A stretch of 64,000 nt of DNA from Promethearchaeota archaeon. Its GTDB lineage: Archaea > Asgardarchaeota > Lokiarchaeia > Sigyniarchaeales > SOKP01. This document shows positions 21,256 to 31,510 of the stretch, in pieces (position 1 is the stretch's first letter; each line of letters opens with the position of its first letter). The stretch lies in contig JAEOTZ010000058.1 in NCBI GenBank assembly GCA_016839585.1, positions 96,001-160,000 on the forward strand. Direction: 5' to 3'. A model generated the notes under the pieces. That model did no database searches, was not told the origin of the DNA, and worked only from the letters and a program-made list of their open reading frames with translations. The position numbers and the translations under genes are program-made.

Positions 21256-22463
21256 AATTCCAAATTTTCAACAACAATTCCAATCCTTTCTATAAACTAC
21301 TTAATATTGCAATGTTAAGTATTAAACATAAATCGAAAAAACAATCTTTTCAATTACCAATATCGGGATATTTGGGATATTTTATAACTAAATTTTTTCA
21401 TTTTTATAAACCGATTACTTTAATTCATGAGAGATTTGAAACTATAACCTTATTTAATGAAATTAGTAAAATAAAAATAGATAAGCCTGTTTATATTACG
21501 GGTCTCGCTCGCGCAGGAACAACAATTGTATTGGAAATGTTAAGTAAGCACCCCGATTTAGCAACCCATCAATATAAGCATCTTCTTATACCATATTTCC
21601 CCTATTGGATGTATAAAATTACTAATAAGGTTAGAATTTATTCAAAACCTACTAAAAGGATCCACAACGATGGTATTATGATTACGCGTGATAGTCCTGA
21701 AGCAGTAGAGGAGATTTTCTGGAGAAAATATTTTAAGCATATAAGTATTGAAAATTCTTCACATATACTAAATGGGAACACTATAAACCCCAAATTTGAG
21801 AACTTTTATCCAAATCATATGCGGAAGCTTCTAATTGCCCAAATGCGTTCTCGGTATCTAGCAAAAAACAATTACAATGTCACCAGATTGGAGTATTTGC
21901 TAAGAATTTTCCCATCAGCTAAATTCTTGTTAATTATTCGCAACCCAGTAAATCATATTGCTTCATTAATTAAGCAAACAAAACTTTTCATGAAGATGGA
22001 AAAACAAATACCTTTTTTGCTAGATTGGTTGAAAATCCTAGGGCACCGAGAATTTGGTCATAATAGCATTTGTATTAATGTAAATAATACCGAATTAATT
22101 CATAAAATTCGTAAATTGTGGAGCAATAAAAAAACATATGTAAAAGGATGGGCTTATTATTGGGCGTCGATTTACGATTTTATTGCCAATAGTCTTGAAG
22201 AAAATAAAAAACTCAGAAGTGCAACCTTTACAGTTGATTACAATAAATTATGTGAGAAACCAGCAGATACTATTGATAGAATACTTGAACATACTGAACT
22301 ACCCTTAAGTAAATTTCTGAAAGTTAGAGAATATTATATTAATCATTTACATAAACCCACCTATTATTCTCCCGATTTTTCTGAACAAGAACTCTCAGAT
22401 ATTTATGAGGTTACAAAGGACACAGCTTCTCGATTTGGATTAAAAATTCCTTTAGGCAATTAA
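21252..22463 (+). CDS. PAPS-dependent sulfotransferase family protein
   Basis: 5'-PSB-like GLARAGTT and 3'-PB-like IIRNP..HIAS; TTG start overlaps upstream TGA. Confidence 0.82.
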   Translation: MKFQIFNNNSNPFYKLLNIAMLSIKHKSKKQSFQLPISGYLGYFITKFFHFYKPITLIHERFETITLFNEISKIKIDKPVYITGLARAGTTIVLEMLSKHPDLATHQYKHLLIPYFPYWMYKITNKVRIYSKPTKRIHNDGIMITRDSPEAVEEIFWRKYFKHISIENSSHILNGNTINPKFENFYPNHMRKLLIAQMRSRYLAKNNYNVTRLEYLLRIFPSAKFLLIIRNPVNHIASLIKQTKLFMKMEKQIPFLLDWLKILGHREFGHNSICINVNNTELIHKIRKLWSNKKTYVKGWAYYWASIYDFIANSLEENKKLRSATFTVDYNKLCEKPADTIDRILEHTELPLSKFLKVREYYINHLHKPTYYSPDFSEQELSDIYEVTKDTASRFGLKIPLGN

Positions 22464-23198
22464 CTGTCTTAAAGTTATAAATTCCCATTTTTTAACTAGA
22501 GATTCCACAATAAAACCACGTAATGTTTCTAAAAATGTATCTCCTGTATGAAGCCAACGATCTAGTCTAAATAAAATATTTTTTACTGTTTCAAATTTAC
22601 TGGCATGCTTACGAATTAAATTTTTCATATTTATTGCCTCATAAGGATGAAAATATAAAATAAGTAAATCCGTCTTAAAGATCTTCCGTTTGAGAAAAGG
22701 ATAAGGCAATCTCAAATAGATACTATATTTTGAAGGGTGAAATTCTTGAATTTTATTGCTATCCCTTTGATAATGTGATAATTTTTTGGGTGATCCAATC
22801 GAAGAATCGTACCTAAAACCTAAATTACTTAGTATTTCAAATAAAAATTTTGGTGGTTTTAAATAAGGAGCTCGAAAACCAATAATCTCTGAATTTTGAC
22901 AAGTTTCTTCTAGAACCTTTTTATTCTGATAAATTATATCTTGGCATTTAATAAAATCTAATTGATTTAAGCGTTCATGATATAAACCGTGGCAAGCAAT
23001 TTCATGACCTTTTTGCTCAATTAGTCTTATATACTCTGGTAGATGCTCAACAACATTTCCAGTACAAAAAAAAGTCCCCTTGACATTGAAATTATCTAAG
23101 ATATCCAATATTTTCAATAATCCAATTTCCACGCCGAAATAGGTATCCAAAACATTAGGAAGATCCCTCTCAATATCAAAAGTCAGTGCAATCTTCAT
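22452..23198 (-). CDS. Polysaccharide deacetylase (CE4) family protein
   Basis: LTFDIE, HEIACHGLYH, GFRAP, YDSS, YFHP. Confidence 0.88.
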   Translation of the reverse strand: MKIALTFDIERDLPNVLDTYFGVEIGLLKILDILDNFNVKGTFFCTGNVVEHLPEYIRLIEQKGHEIACHGLYHERLNQLDFIKCQDIIYQNKKVLEETCQNSEIIGFRAPYLKPPKFLFEILSNLGFRYDSSIGSPKKLSHYQRDSNKIQEFHPSKYSIYLRLPYPFLKRKIFKTDLLILYFHPYEAINMKNLIRKHASKFETVKNILFRLDRWLHTGDTFLETLRGFIVESLVKKWEFITLRQLIA

Positions 23199-23329
23199 TA
23201 TTTACGCAGTAATCTTTAAGATATAAAATAAACTAATTTTATTTTTATTAAATTTTATTTAAAGGCACAAAACTGAAAAATTTAATATTAATTTCAATAT
23301 TTAATTTCAGAAAAGTAGATTAAAAAACA

Positions 23330-24445
23330 ATGCGAGTGTTAATATTAGGTGCTGGGATTACTGGTTGTACATTGGGAAGACTGATGAAAGATAAGGATTA
23401 TCATATTTCAATTAAGGAAAAACAAGATCACATTGGTGGATTATGTTATACAAAGACAAGTCCTAATGGAATTCTATATGAACCCTATGGTGGACATGCA
23501 TTTCACACTAAAGATAGTCGTATTAAAAAGTTTGTTCTTAATTTCTCAGAGTTTAATAATTATATTCACAAAAAGGGAATTTTTATCAATGGTGTATTAC
23601 GTCATTTTCCTCTCAGTAGGAAAACTATTTTTGAGATGGAAAGAAGTGATAAAATTCTCAAGGAATTAGAAAAACGACCAATCACTCCTGATTTTACTAA
23701 TTTTGAAACTTTCGCAATTTCTCAATTTGGTAATACTTTATATAAATTATTTATATATAATTATTCTAAGAAAATGTGGGGTGTAGAACCCAAAGAATTA
23801 ACAACCGAATATATCCAAAATCGTATTACACTGAAAGACTCTAATACTCAGTTATTTGAAGATAATTTTCAAGGACTACCGGTTAAAGGATATACAAAAT
23901 TCCTTAGAAATATGATACATGACATCCCCATTGAATTAAATACTAGTGAATTTGACGAGTCTTTGTATGATCTCATTATATACTCAGGTCGAATAGATGA
24001 ACTATTTAAATTTAAATTTGGAATTTTACATTTTAGGTCTTTACGATTTGATTATAAGGAAAATGATGTTTGGGAAAATGATAATTATGGTACAATTAAC
24101 CTTCCTCAACATGCGAAATATATACGAAAAGTAAATTTTAAAATTATGTATCAACAGAAAATAAATAAATCATGGACCCAATATCAAGAACCGATATCAT
24201 TCTATAATAATATGCCAATGTATCCAATATATACTAAACAAAATATCGAATTATTTGATAGATATCTTATTGAAGCTTGCAAGTCTAATAAAATTATTCC
24301 CGTTGGTCGTTTGGGATTATACAAATATTTAGAAATGGGTCAAGCTATTTCTTTAGCAATGAATATGATTCTTTTAATAGAAAAATGGAAAAAATTAAGC
24401 CCTAAAAATAGATATCTTGAAATTAAGAAGCTATTAAATAATTAA
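23330..24445 (+). CDS. glf: UDP-galactopyranose mutase
   Basis: GAGITG, HIGGLCY, YGGHAFHT, YSKKMWG, FQGLP..GYT, GRLGLYKYLEM. Confidence 0.9.
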   Translation: MRVLILGAGITGCTLGRLMKDKDYHISIKEKQDHIGGLCYTKTSPNGILYEPYGGHAFHTKDSRIKKFVLNFSEFNNYIHKKGIFINGVLRHFPLSRKTIFEMERSDKILKELEKRPITPDFTNFETFAISQFGNTLYKLFIYNYSKKMWGVEPKELTTEYIQNRITLKDSNTQLFEDNFQGLPVKGYTKFLRNMIHDIPIELNTSEFDESLYDLIIYSGRIDELFKFKFGILHFRSLRFDYKENDVWENDNYGTINLPQHAKYIRKVNFKIMYQQKINKSWTQYQEPISFYNNMPMYPIYTKQNIELFDRYLIEACKSNKIIPVGRLGLYKYLEMGQAISLAMNMILLIEKWKKLSPKNRYLEIKKLLNN

Positions 24446-24460
24446 TAAGTCTAATTCTAG

Positions 24461-25270
24461 CTATGATTGTTTCTTCCAATTAATATCTTTTGCTAAATTA
24501 TAAAAAATGTCTTTTTTTGAATGGTATTGGACAACACGTCCTAAACTACGACGAGTGCTTAAATATCTTCCACTTGTTAACACTGAACTAAAATTTAGAT
24601 TTTTAATTTTACCCTTTTTCATTAATCTACTTAGATATATTAATGAATCTGAGAATACCTTGTCAATTCCCATTAAATTTGGCGGTAGTTGCTTAAATCC
24701 ACCAACTTTAAAAAATATATCTCTTCTAACAATTATATTGCATCCTATAAGTTCAGGATATCCAAGTAAAGTTTTAAAAAAATACCATAAGTGCATACTA
24801 AAGTTAAGAAAAAAATAGATTGTTATAGTAAATATCTGGGAACCCAAATTAAATGTAATGGCTCTTCCATCATAATATTTAACTCTGGCACTACAAGCAA
24901 AAAGATTTTTATGTTTCTCAAAGATTCTATAGACTTTTTGTAAGAAATATGGATCTATTAACGTATCTGCATCTAAAAATACAAGTAAATCACCAGAAGT
25001 TTTAGGTACAACAAAATTTAATTGAAATGACTTACCTCTTTTTGGTGAAATATACACTTTCGCATAATCTTTTGCTATAGAAACGGTTTTATCAGAGCTT
25101 TGTCCATCAACTACAATAATTTCATAAGGAACTATGCATTTTTGCTTTTTAACTGCTATTAAAGTTCTTTTTATATTAATCTCTTCATTATATGTGGGTA
25201 TGACAACTGATATTTTAGCGGTTTTCATTTTGCTATTTCTAAGTAGATTGAAATTTAATTTTTGATTCAT
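24461..25270 (-). CDS. Glycosyltransferase family 2
   Basis: VVIPTYNEE, VVDGQSSD, FLDAD, VGGF. Confidence 0.9.
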   Translation of the reverse strand: MNQKLNFNLLRNSKMKTAKISVVIPTYNEEINIKRTLIAVKKQKCIVPYEIIVVDGQSSDKTVSIAKDYAKVYISPKRGKSFQLNFVVPKTSGDLLVFLDADTLIDPYFLQKVYRIFEKHKNLFACSARVKYYDGRAITFNLGSQIFTITIYFFLNFSMHLWYFFKTLLGYPELIGCNIIVRRDIFFKVGGFKQLPPNLMGIDKVFSDSLIYLSRLMKKGKIKNLNFSSVLTSGRYLSTRRSLGRVVQYHSKKDIFYNLAKDINWKKQS

Positions 25271-25363
25271 TCACTTAGGGATAGTTATTATAATATGATT
25301 TTTTAATATTCTATAAAAGAATTAAATATATTAAAAAAAATTAATTGATTTTAGAATAAGAAA

Positions 25364-26479
25364 ATGTCAAAAGTCTCAAATAAAATGAAATTTTTCACGA
25401 TAGGATTCATATTTTCATTTATTTTCTTATTGCTAAGTTCTACAGTTATCATTTTATTTATAATTTCTCGATTATGGTTTTCAATTCCATGGATTGATAA
25501 AATTTATAACTATATAGCACCATTGTTATCATTATTTTTCTATGAATATAATTTATACGTCTATAGTGGATTTTTAATTGCCTTTGTGGTTTTACTTCCA
25601 TTATTTGTCTTAGGTTATAACATAGCAAAAACGAAGCAATTGTTTGGTTCAATAATGTTTATTTTTAGCTTATTAGGATTTGTAGTAATTATTTTTATAG
25701 GATCTTATTATGTCTATTTTAGTATCTTATTTAATCAAGATCTAACTCTTAATACCCGATTAATGTTATTTTTACTCTTTTTACCTATTAATTTTACTCT
25801 CAGTTTAGTCCTCTTCCAAGTAAATATAGACTTTTTCATTTTTTTAAAGGATTTGATTAAAGCAAGGAAAATTTGGAAGAGCAAAAGGCCTAAATTTGAA
25901 ATTGAAGTCAAAGGTAAAATAACTAATATTAATATAGATACAGATGAACACATTTTCACTCCTGTACCAATGTTAATTATCGCAAAATATCTTCGGAGCG
26001 AAGGTTATTCTGTTTCATGGTTTGTAAAAGGTGCCTTTAATCATTTATTTTCCTTACTAATTTCATATTTAAGTGGGTGGCCACGAGCTAGAAATATGTT
26101 ATTTCGATTAATCGGAATGAAAATAGGAAAAAATTGCCATATTTCTCAAAAAACAATACCTGACCCACTTTTACCTGAATTAATAGAATTTGAAGATGGG
26201 AGTGGGTGTGGGATTGGTGTGAAATTATTAACTCATAATGCAATGAATATAAAGCATGGAACTTTTAGTTTTGCTCCTATTAAAATATGTAAAAATGCTA
26301 GAATAGGGGCATATTCAGTAATACTACCTGGAGTTACAGTTGGTAGGGGATCAATTATTGGTGCTAGCTCAGTAGTAGCAGAGGATATACCACCATATTC
26401 TATCGCATATGGTTCTCCTGCTAAAGTTATGAGAAAATTAACAGAATTTGAAAAGGAACAGGTAAATAAAAGTTACTAG
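25364..26479 (+). CDS. Membrane-anchored left-handed beta-helix acyltransferase
   Basis: About 4 N-terminal TM helices; C-terminal hexapeptide repeats (IGAYSVILPGVTVGRGSIIGASSVV...GSPAK). Confidence 0.82.
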   Translation: MSKVSNKMKFFTIGFIFSFIFLLLSSTVIILFIISRLWFSIPWIDKIYNYIAPLLSLFFYEYNLYVYSGFLIAFVVLLPLFVLGYNIAKTKQLFGSIMFIFSLLGFVVIIFIGSYYVYFSILFNQDLTLNTRLMLFLLFLPINFTLSLVLFQVNIDFFIFLKDLIKARKIWKSKRPKFEIEVKGKITNINIDTDEHIFTPVPMLIIAKYLRSEGYSVSWFVKGAFNHLFSLLISYLSGWPRARNMLFRLIGMKIGKNCHISQKTIPDPLLPELIEFEDGSGCGIGVKLLTHNAMNIKHGTFSFAPIKICKNARIGAYSVILPGVTVGRGSIIGASSVVAEDIPPYSIAYGSPAKVMRKLTEFEKEQVNKSY

Positions 26480-26581
26480 ATTACTTCTTAAAAAAAATTT
26501 TAGGTGAGAACGTAGTAAACTACTAATTTTTATAATAATCATAAGTATAAAATTTATTAATTAAATAAAATAAATCATATA

Positions 26582-27781
26582 ATGGGAATTAGTATGGTCT
26601 CCGAAATAATGCTTATTGATTTAAGAAGTGAAGTAGAAGCAACTTCTAATGAATGTAAACTATATAAACAAATCTGTGAAGAAAAAGAATACGATTTTGA
26701 TCAGACCATCAAAGGATCAAATCTTGATGAAGTACCTTATGTAAATTGGAATTACTTTAAAGAATCAAATAAAAAATTTCAGGAATTATTACGAATTCCT
26801 TATAATAAATTATCATATTGGACAATTAGTTCATCCACGTCCGGAGATCCAAGTTTAGTAGGGAGAGGTGCCGAAGACATTGAAGTATTTAAGAATAATT
26901 ATAGAAAAGTATTTGAAGAATATTCAAGAATGCGTTCAATTAAACGTTTAATCTTATTTGCTCCATCAATTGAATTTATGAATAAAATGCCAGGGAGCTG
27001 GTTAGGAAAACGAGGTTTTCTTTTTTATCGAGATATTACAGATATTTGGAAAAATTATGAGATAGATTTTTTATTGAAATTTAAAGTTTGGAAGGTTCTT
27101 CTCTACTTAATTACTCATTTTAAGGCAAAAGCATTTATCGAAATAAATGGAAAACTGATGGTAAAAATTCTTAAAGAGGTAGAACACCAGAAAATTCCTA
27201 CATTGATTGCTAATTCAGTTCCTCTAATGTACCAAAATTTTGTAGATTATTATAAGAAGCATAAAAAAGGTTTTAATATGCCTGAAACTTTCAGGATTCA
27301 ACTTGGAGGGGGAGGATGGAACGGTATAAAAGGTAGAATAAGACTTGAGCATAAAATAAATAAAGTGGACTTTATGGAAAAGATGTCTAGTTTATTCAAC
27401 ATCCCTTATGATAATATTACAGATAATTATGGTGCAACTGAAGTTCCAATTGCCTGTGGTGGTCATTGGAGTAAAAATTATGAGGATTTTCTATTTCATA
27501 TTGATAAAGATGATGCTCATATAATCATCCGTGATATAGATACTCTCGAAAGTATAAAAAAAACAAATGAACCTGGTATAATTGAGGTATTAACCCCTTA
27601 CGGTGTTAAATCCTATGCAGGTGTTGCTGTCATGCTTGATGATATAGTTGAAATAGTAAATTTTAACAAATGTGTTGAATGTGGTAGAGAAGGAATAGTA
27701 TTTAGAATAACGGGAAGAATGACACCAGAAATTGGAAAAGGATGTAGTTCTTTTACGAATTTGTTCCCTTTTAAATCATAA
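26582..27781 (+). CDS. LuxE-like acyl-protein synthetase
   Basis: SSSTSGDPS, GGGGW, DNYGATE, LDD, CVECGREG..FRITGR...GKGCS. Confidence 0.78.
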   Translation: MGISMVSEIMLIDLRSEVEATSNECKLYKQICEEKEYDFDQTIKGSNLDEVPYVNWNYFKESNKKFQELLRIPYNKLSYWTISSSTSGDPSLVGRGAEDIEVFKNNYRKVFEEYSRMRSIKRLILFAPSIEFMNKMPGSWLGKRGFLFYRDITDIWKNYEIDFLLKFKVWKVLLYLITHFKAKAFIEINGKLMVKILKEVEHQKIPTLIANSVPLMYQNFVDYYKKHKKGFNMPETFRIQLGGGGWNGIKGRIRLEHKINKVDFMEKMSSLFNIPYDNITDNYGATEVPIACGGHWSKNYEDFLFHIDKDDAHIIIRDIDTLESIKKTNEPGIIEVLTPYGVKSYAGVAVMLDDIVEIVNFNKCVECGREGIVFRITGRMTPEIGKGCSSFTNLFPFKS

Positions 27782-27881
27782 ATTCCTAAAAGCTTTTTTT
27801 TAATATAACTTCAATTAAAAATATAAATAGATCAATATCTAAATTTATAATCTAATAATTAATTCATTAAAAGGAATCAAG

Positions 27882-28736
27882 ATGTTTAAAAATAATACTA
27901 ATTCTTGGATAAAGAAACTAATTATTCTTTTCATATTTATAGGCGTAATTATGTTAACTGCTGAAGTAGACTGGGTTGCTGAGCATCCTAACGTAGGAAT
28001 CTCTGTGCGATTAATATGGTTAATTAGTTTATTAAGTTTAGGTTTAATTTTATCCCTTCTATTTATGTATTTTGCAGGCAATGACGAAAGCGAAAGAGGA
28101 GAATCTGATAAAAAGTGGTTTATAATAGCTATTATTCTATTCATAATCGCTAATGGAATTCCAATCGTGTTTTATGCAATACTTGGAATCTCACCAGGTT
28201 TCTTTATATATCTTCAATTAATTTTGTTTGGGCTAATTCCGGCTTTTTTTCATCAACCAAAAGAAATAAAACATCGAATTCTAATATTAGTTATTCTTTT
28301 TGCAGTTATTCTTATCCCCGTAGGGATTTTTGTCAATTTAACAATTGATGCTATTTGGTATAAGGGAGTAGATGATAAAACTATGTATTATTTATCCTTC
28401 TGGGGATTATTAATGACCTTTTTCTATCTTATTGTTGCGATTGGCTGGAAATTGGGTGGTGGCACTAAAAGGCAAAGCTGGAATATATTCGTGGCTGGAA
28501 CTCTTTTACAATATAGCACTCTCGAAGATTTTTTCTACTTCTTGTTAAATGGGCAATCACTTCCTGGTACTTGGCCTTGGATGAGTAATTTCGTTATTGA
28601 TTTAAAAACTTTATTTGGGCATGTTCCAACTGACTTGGATCTTCTCATTTTTTGTCTAATAATAAGTATCATTGCACTGTTTATTCTTTTTGATGGTCAT
28701 GGCTATCTATGGACAAAGATTAGAAAAAGTGGCTAA
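27882..28736 (+). CDS. Multi-pass membrane protein of unknown function
   Basis: About 8 hydrophobic segments; LEDFFYF...WPW motif. Confidence 0.7.
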   Translation: MFKNNTNSWIKKLIILFIFIGVIMLTAEVDWVAEHPNVGISVRLIWLISLLSLGLILSLLFMYFAGNDESERGESDKKWFIIAIILFIIANGIPIVFYAILGISPGFFIYLQLILFGLIPAFFHQPKEIKHRILILVILFAVILIPVGIFVNLTIDAIWYKGVDDKTMYYLSFWGLLMTFFYLIVAIGWKLGGGTKRQSWNIFVAGTLLQYSTLEDFFYFLLNGQSLPGTWPWMSNFVIDLKTLFGHVPTDLDLLIFCLIISIIALFILFDGHGYLWTKIRKSG

Positions 28737-28754
28737 TAAGAATAAAAGGATAAA

Positions 28755-30056
28755 TTAATGAAGCCAATCAATTATTGAAGAGCAACTTCTACCTTGAGCA
28801 TCCGTTAATCTTCCGATAACTCTAAATGTAGCACCTTCATAACCACATTCTGGACATTTCTTTTTTGAAATAAGCTTTACAATATCGTCAACTAGAACTG
28901 CCTGATTTATGCTACCATTTACACCGTATGGAGTAATTACTTCGAGCAAACCTTCCATACCATCATTTACAGGTTCTAACTTATCTAGATCTCTTACTAT
29001 AATCCTAGAGGTATCAGGGCAATGTAATAAGAAGTCTTGGTATTTTTCAGACCAGTGTCCTCCAAAGAGAGTCGGACCCTCTGTAAATGCGTAAATATCG
29101 GCAATATCTTTCGATTTAATGTTAAAAATTTTTTCATAATTTTCAATAAATCTAACTTTTTCTACTGCGTCTAATTTTGCTTCACCCTTAACGCCATCCC
29201 ATCCTCCACCACCACAACCAACGAAAGCTAGACCATCAAGATCAAAAAAAACGTTTTCTTTTGATAATCTTTTCTCAAACATGTTATTCATTAAAAGTGG
29301 GCTCCCACCAAATATAATTTTACTCACTTCTATTCCTTTCCAATGCCCTGTTTTTAGAATTGTTGTAACCATTTTCAGCATTTTACTTACATCTAATATA
29401 AAACCCCCTCTTATTGAAAGAGATGAAATTATTGCCCAAATTGTTTTTAAAATTTTTCCTTTTATCATATATTCCTCATGCCCATAGTATTCCCATGGTT
29501 TATTCATGCATGCTGTGAAATAGCGTGTTTTTTTAACATATTCAAATCCTTTAGCATTTTTTTTTGCCATAAATGACATCATTAAACGATTTGGTGCAAA
29601 ATTAAAAACAAGACATCTTTTGGGACCAACTTTTAAGTCCTTCCATCTAAAAAACTCTGTAAAAACTTTAATTGAATTATATTGTATCTGGTCAAAATCC
29701 TCTAATGTTCGAGGCACAATTGAGGGATCCCCTGTTGTAGAAGATGAACATGAAAATAATACAATTTTATCAATAGGTACTTTTAGTAGTTGTGAGGTTC
29801 GACCTTCTGATTTTTTATAAATGTCAGTAGGAGTATAGGGGATTGTTTCTAAATTATCGATTGTTAATTTCTCTGGAATTTTAAAATCAAACTTCTTACA
29901 AAAATTATCTTTGTAATAATTACAATTATTATAGGCAACCTTTATTTGTTCTAATAAATCTTCGCAAAATTTTTCATCTGGATAAGGAGTAGGTTTAAAA
30001 TCAAAATATTTCGTTTGTAATTCTTCAGGTAAATAATCATGTGCTTTAAATACCAA
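28755..30056 (-). CDS. LuxE-like acyl-protein synthetase (paralogue)
   Basis: SSSTTGDPS, GGGGWDG, DIYAFTE, VDD, CPECGYEG..FRVIGR...GRSCS. Confidence 0.78.
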   Translation of the reverse strand: MVFKAHDYLPEELQTKYFDFKPTPYPDEKFCEDLLEQIKVAYNNCNYYKDNFCKKFDFKIPEKLTIDNLETIPYTPTDIYKKSEGRTSQLLKVPIDKIVLFSCSSSTTGDPSIVPRTLEDFDQIQYNSIKVFTEFFRWKDLKVGPKRCLVFNFAPNRLMMSFMAKKNAKGFEYVKKTRYFTACMNKPWEYYGHEEYMIKGKILKTIWAIISSLSIRGGFILDVSKMLKMVTTILKTGHWKGIEVSKIIFGGSPLLMNNMFEKRLSKENVFFDLDGLAFVGCGGGGWDGVKGEAKLDAVEKVRFIENYEKIFNIKSKDIADIYAFTEGPTLFGGHWSEKYQDFLLHCPDTSRIIVRDLDKLEPVNDGMEGLLEVITPYGVNGSINQAVLVDDIVKLISKKKCPECGYEGATFRVIGRLTDAQGRSCSSIIDWLH

Positions 30057-30153
30057 AAAAATAACCTAATTTCAAAATTTTTTGTATTAATTTAAAGAAT
30101 TACGGGTAAATAATTAAATCTTATCTGATATTAATAAAAAAAAAGAAAATAAA

Positions 30154-31506
30154 TTATATAGTAGATAAGGCTACTATTTCTGCTTCTTCTTTTTCGAAAA
30201 GCATTGGCGTTTTTTCCCAACTTAAATCTTTAGGAAGTTTAAATTGACGTAAAAACATATAAAGATGAATAAAGCCACTTATTGGAAAAAATAATAAAAG
30301 ACTGTAATGTTTATCACAATATTTACGTATGGCATTGAATATAAATCCAAATTGAAAGATCAAGCAGAAAAGGCTCCAACTTAGTAAATAAAATTCTCCA
30401 ATCATAAAATAAAATATTGCAAAACCAATTATAATAGGGATCCACGTATCTAAATTCGCTATAACCATCATTGTCATATTTCTGGAGATAACTAGTGATT
30501 TCCCATTCTTTTTTTCGCTTTTCATTTGCATTAATTGTGGCATATCAAAAATAAATCCTGCTAGCCAGCGTGTTCGTTGTTTTACTAGAATCTCCCATGT
30601 ATTTGGCACATATTCGTAAATTTTTGCCTTGGGCGAAAAGTAAATTTGTACTCCATCTAAATTTAAAAGCACAGAAAGATATAAATCCTCTGTCATTGAA
30701 TCTTCATTAAAACCTCCATATTTCAGTAGATATTTCGTCCTAACAGCAAAATTTCGCCCAAATGAATAAGCTGATGACCCTAATCTATTTTTAATTTCAA
30801 ATAATAATCCCCCTCCAGAAACAATAGAATAATCAAGAAAGATACCTTTAGTTAATTTATTATCTTTCCAATTTTTAACTAAAACAGGACCTATAACTGC
30901 ATTATATCTATCATCTTGAAATGGTGAGATTAAATGTTTTAATGTATCTGGTTGTAAAATACAACCTGCATCATAAAGGACAACAATATCATTTTTTACA
31001 TATTTTAAACCATAATTCAGGGCTGGGGGTTTTCCCTTTTTAGGAAGATCCTCTGATAACACTTCTATCTCTATTGCGTTATGTTCTCTAGCAAAATTTC
31101 TACAAAAATCGGTTGTATCATCTGTCGATCCACTTGTTATTACAATTATTTGGATGTTTTCTTTGGGATAATTTGACTCAATAATCGAGTTTAAAGTCCT
31201 CTCTATTAGTATTCTTTCATTTTTACAAGCAATTAATATGCTTATATTAGTATAATAAGGTGTTTTGGTTCGATAGCCTCTCCCAAATGATGCTAAGAAA
31301 TGTATTCCATAAAAAATAACGAATCCTAACAACATAACTAGACCAATTAATGGAAATATGAACCACCAGTAAGTTAAAGGCTTAAGGATGAATCTATCAA
31401 TTGCTCTTTTTACTCCCGATGACCAGAAAGGTGCTAAATACATATGAAATAGCGTAAAGACTATCACCAATACACATCCATGTAGTAAATATCTTGTAAT
31501 TTTCAT
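30154..31506 (-). CDS. Membrane-bound processive-type GT2 (cellulose synthase-like)
   Basis: KGKPPALN, YDAG, TED, QRTRW motifs; TM helices at both ends. Confidence 0.88.
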   Translation of the reverse strand: MKITRYLLHGCVLVIVFTLFHMYLAPFWSSGVKRAIDRFILKPLTYWWFIFPLIGLVMLLGFVIFYGIHFLASFGRGYRTKTPYYTNISILIACKNERILIERTLNSIIESNYPKENIQIIVITSGSTDDTTDFCRNFAREHNAIEIEVLSEDLPKKGKPPALNYGLKYVKNDIVVLYDAGCILQPDTLKHLISPFQDDRYNAVIGPVLVKNWKDNKLTKGIFLDYSIVSGGGLLFEIKNRLGSSAYSFGRNFAVRTKYLLKYGGFNEDSMTEDLYLSVLLNLDGVQIYFSPKAKIYEYVPNTWEILVKQRTRWLAGFIFDMPQLMQMKSEKKNGKSLVISRNMTMMVIANLDTWIPIIIGFAIFYFMIGEFYLLSWSLFCLIFQFGFIFNAIRKYCDKHYSLLLFFPISGFIHLYMFLRQFKLPKDLSWEKTPMLFEKEEAEIVALSTI

Positions 31507-31510
31507 CTTT

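Noticed and set aside
26582-30056. Bioluminescence (lux) operon
   Set aside because: Only LuxE-like genes are present; no luxA/B/C/D in the window
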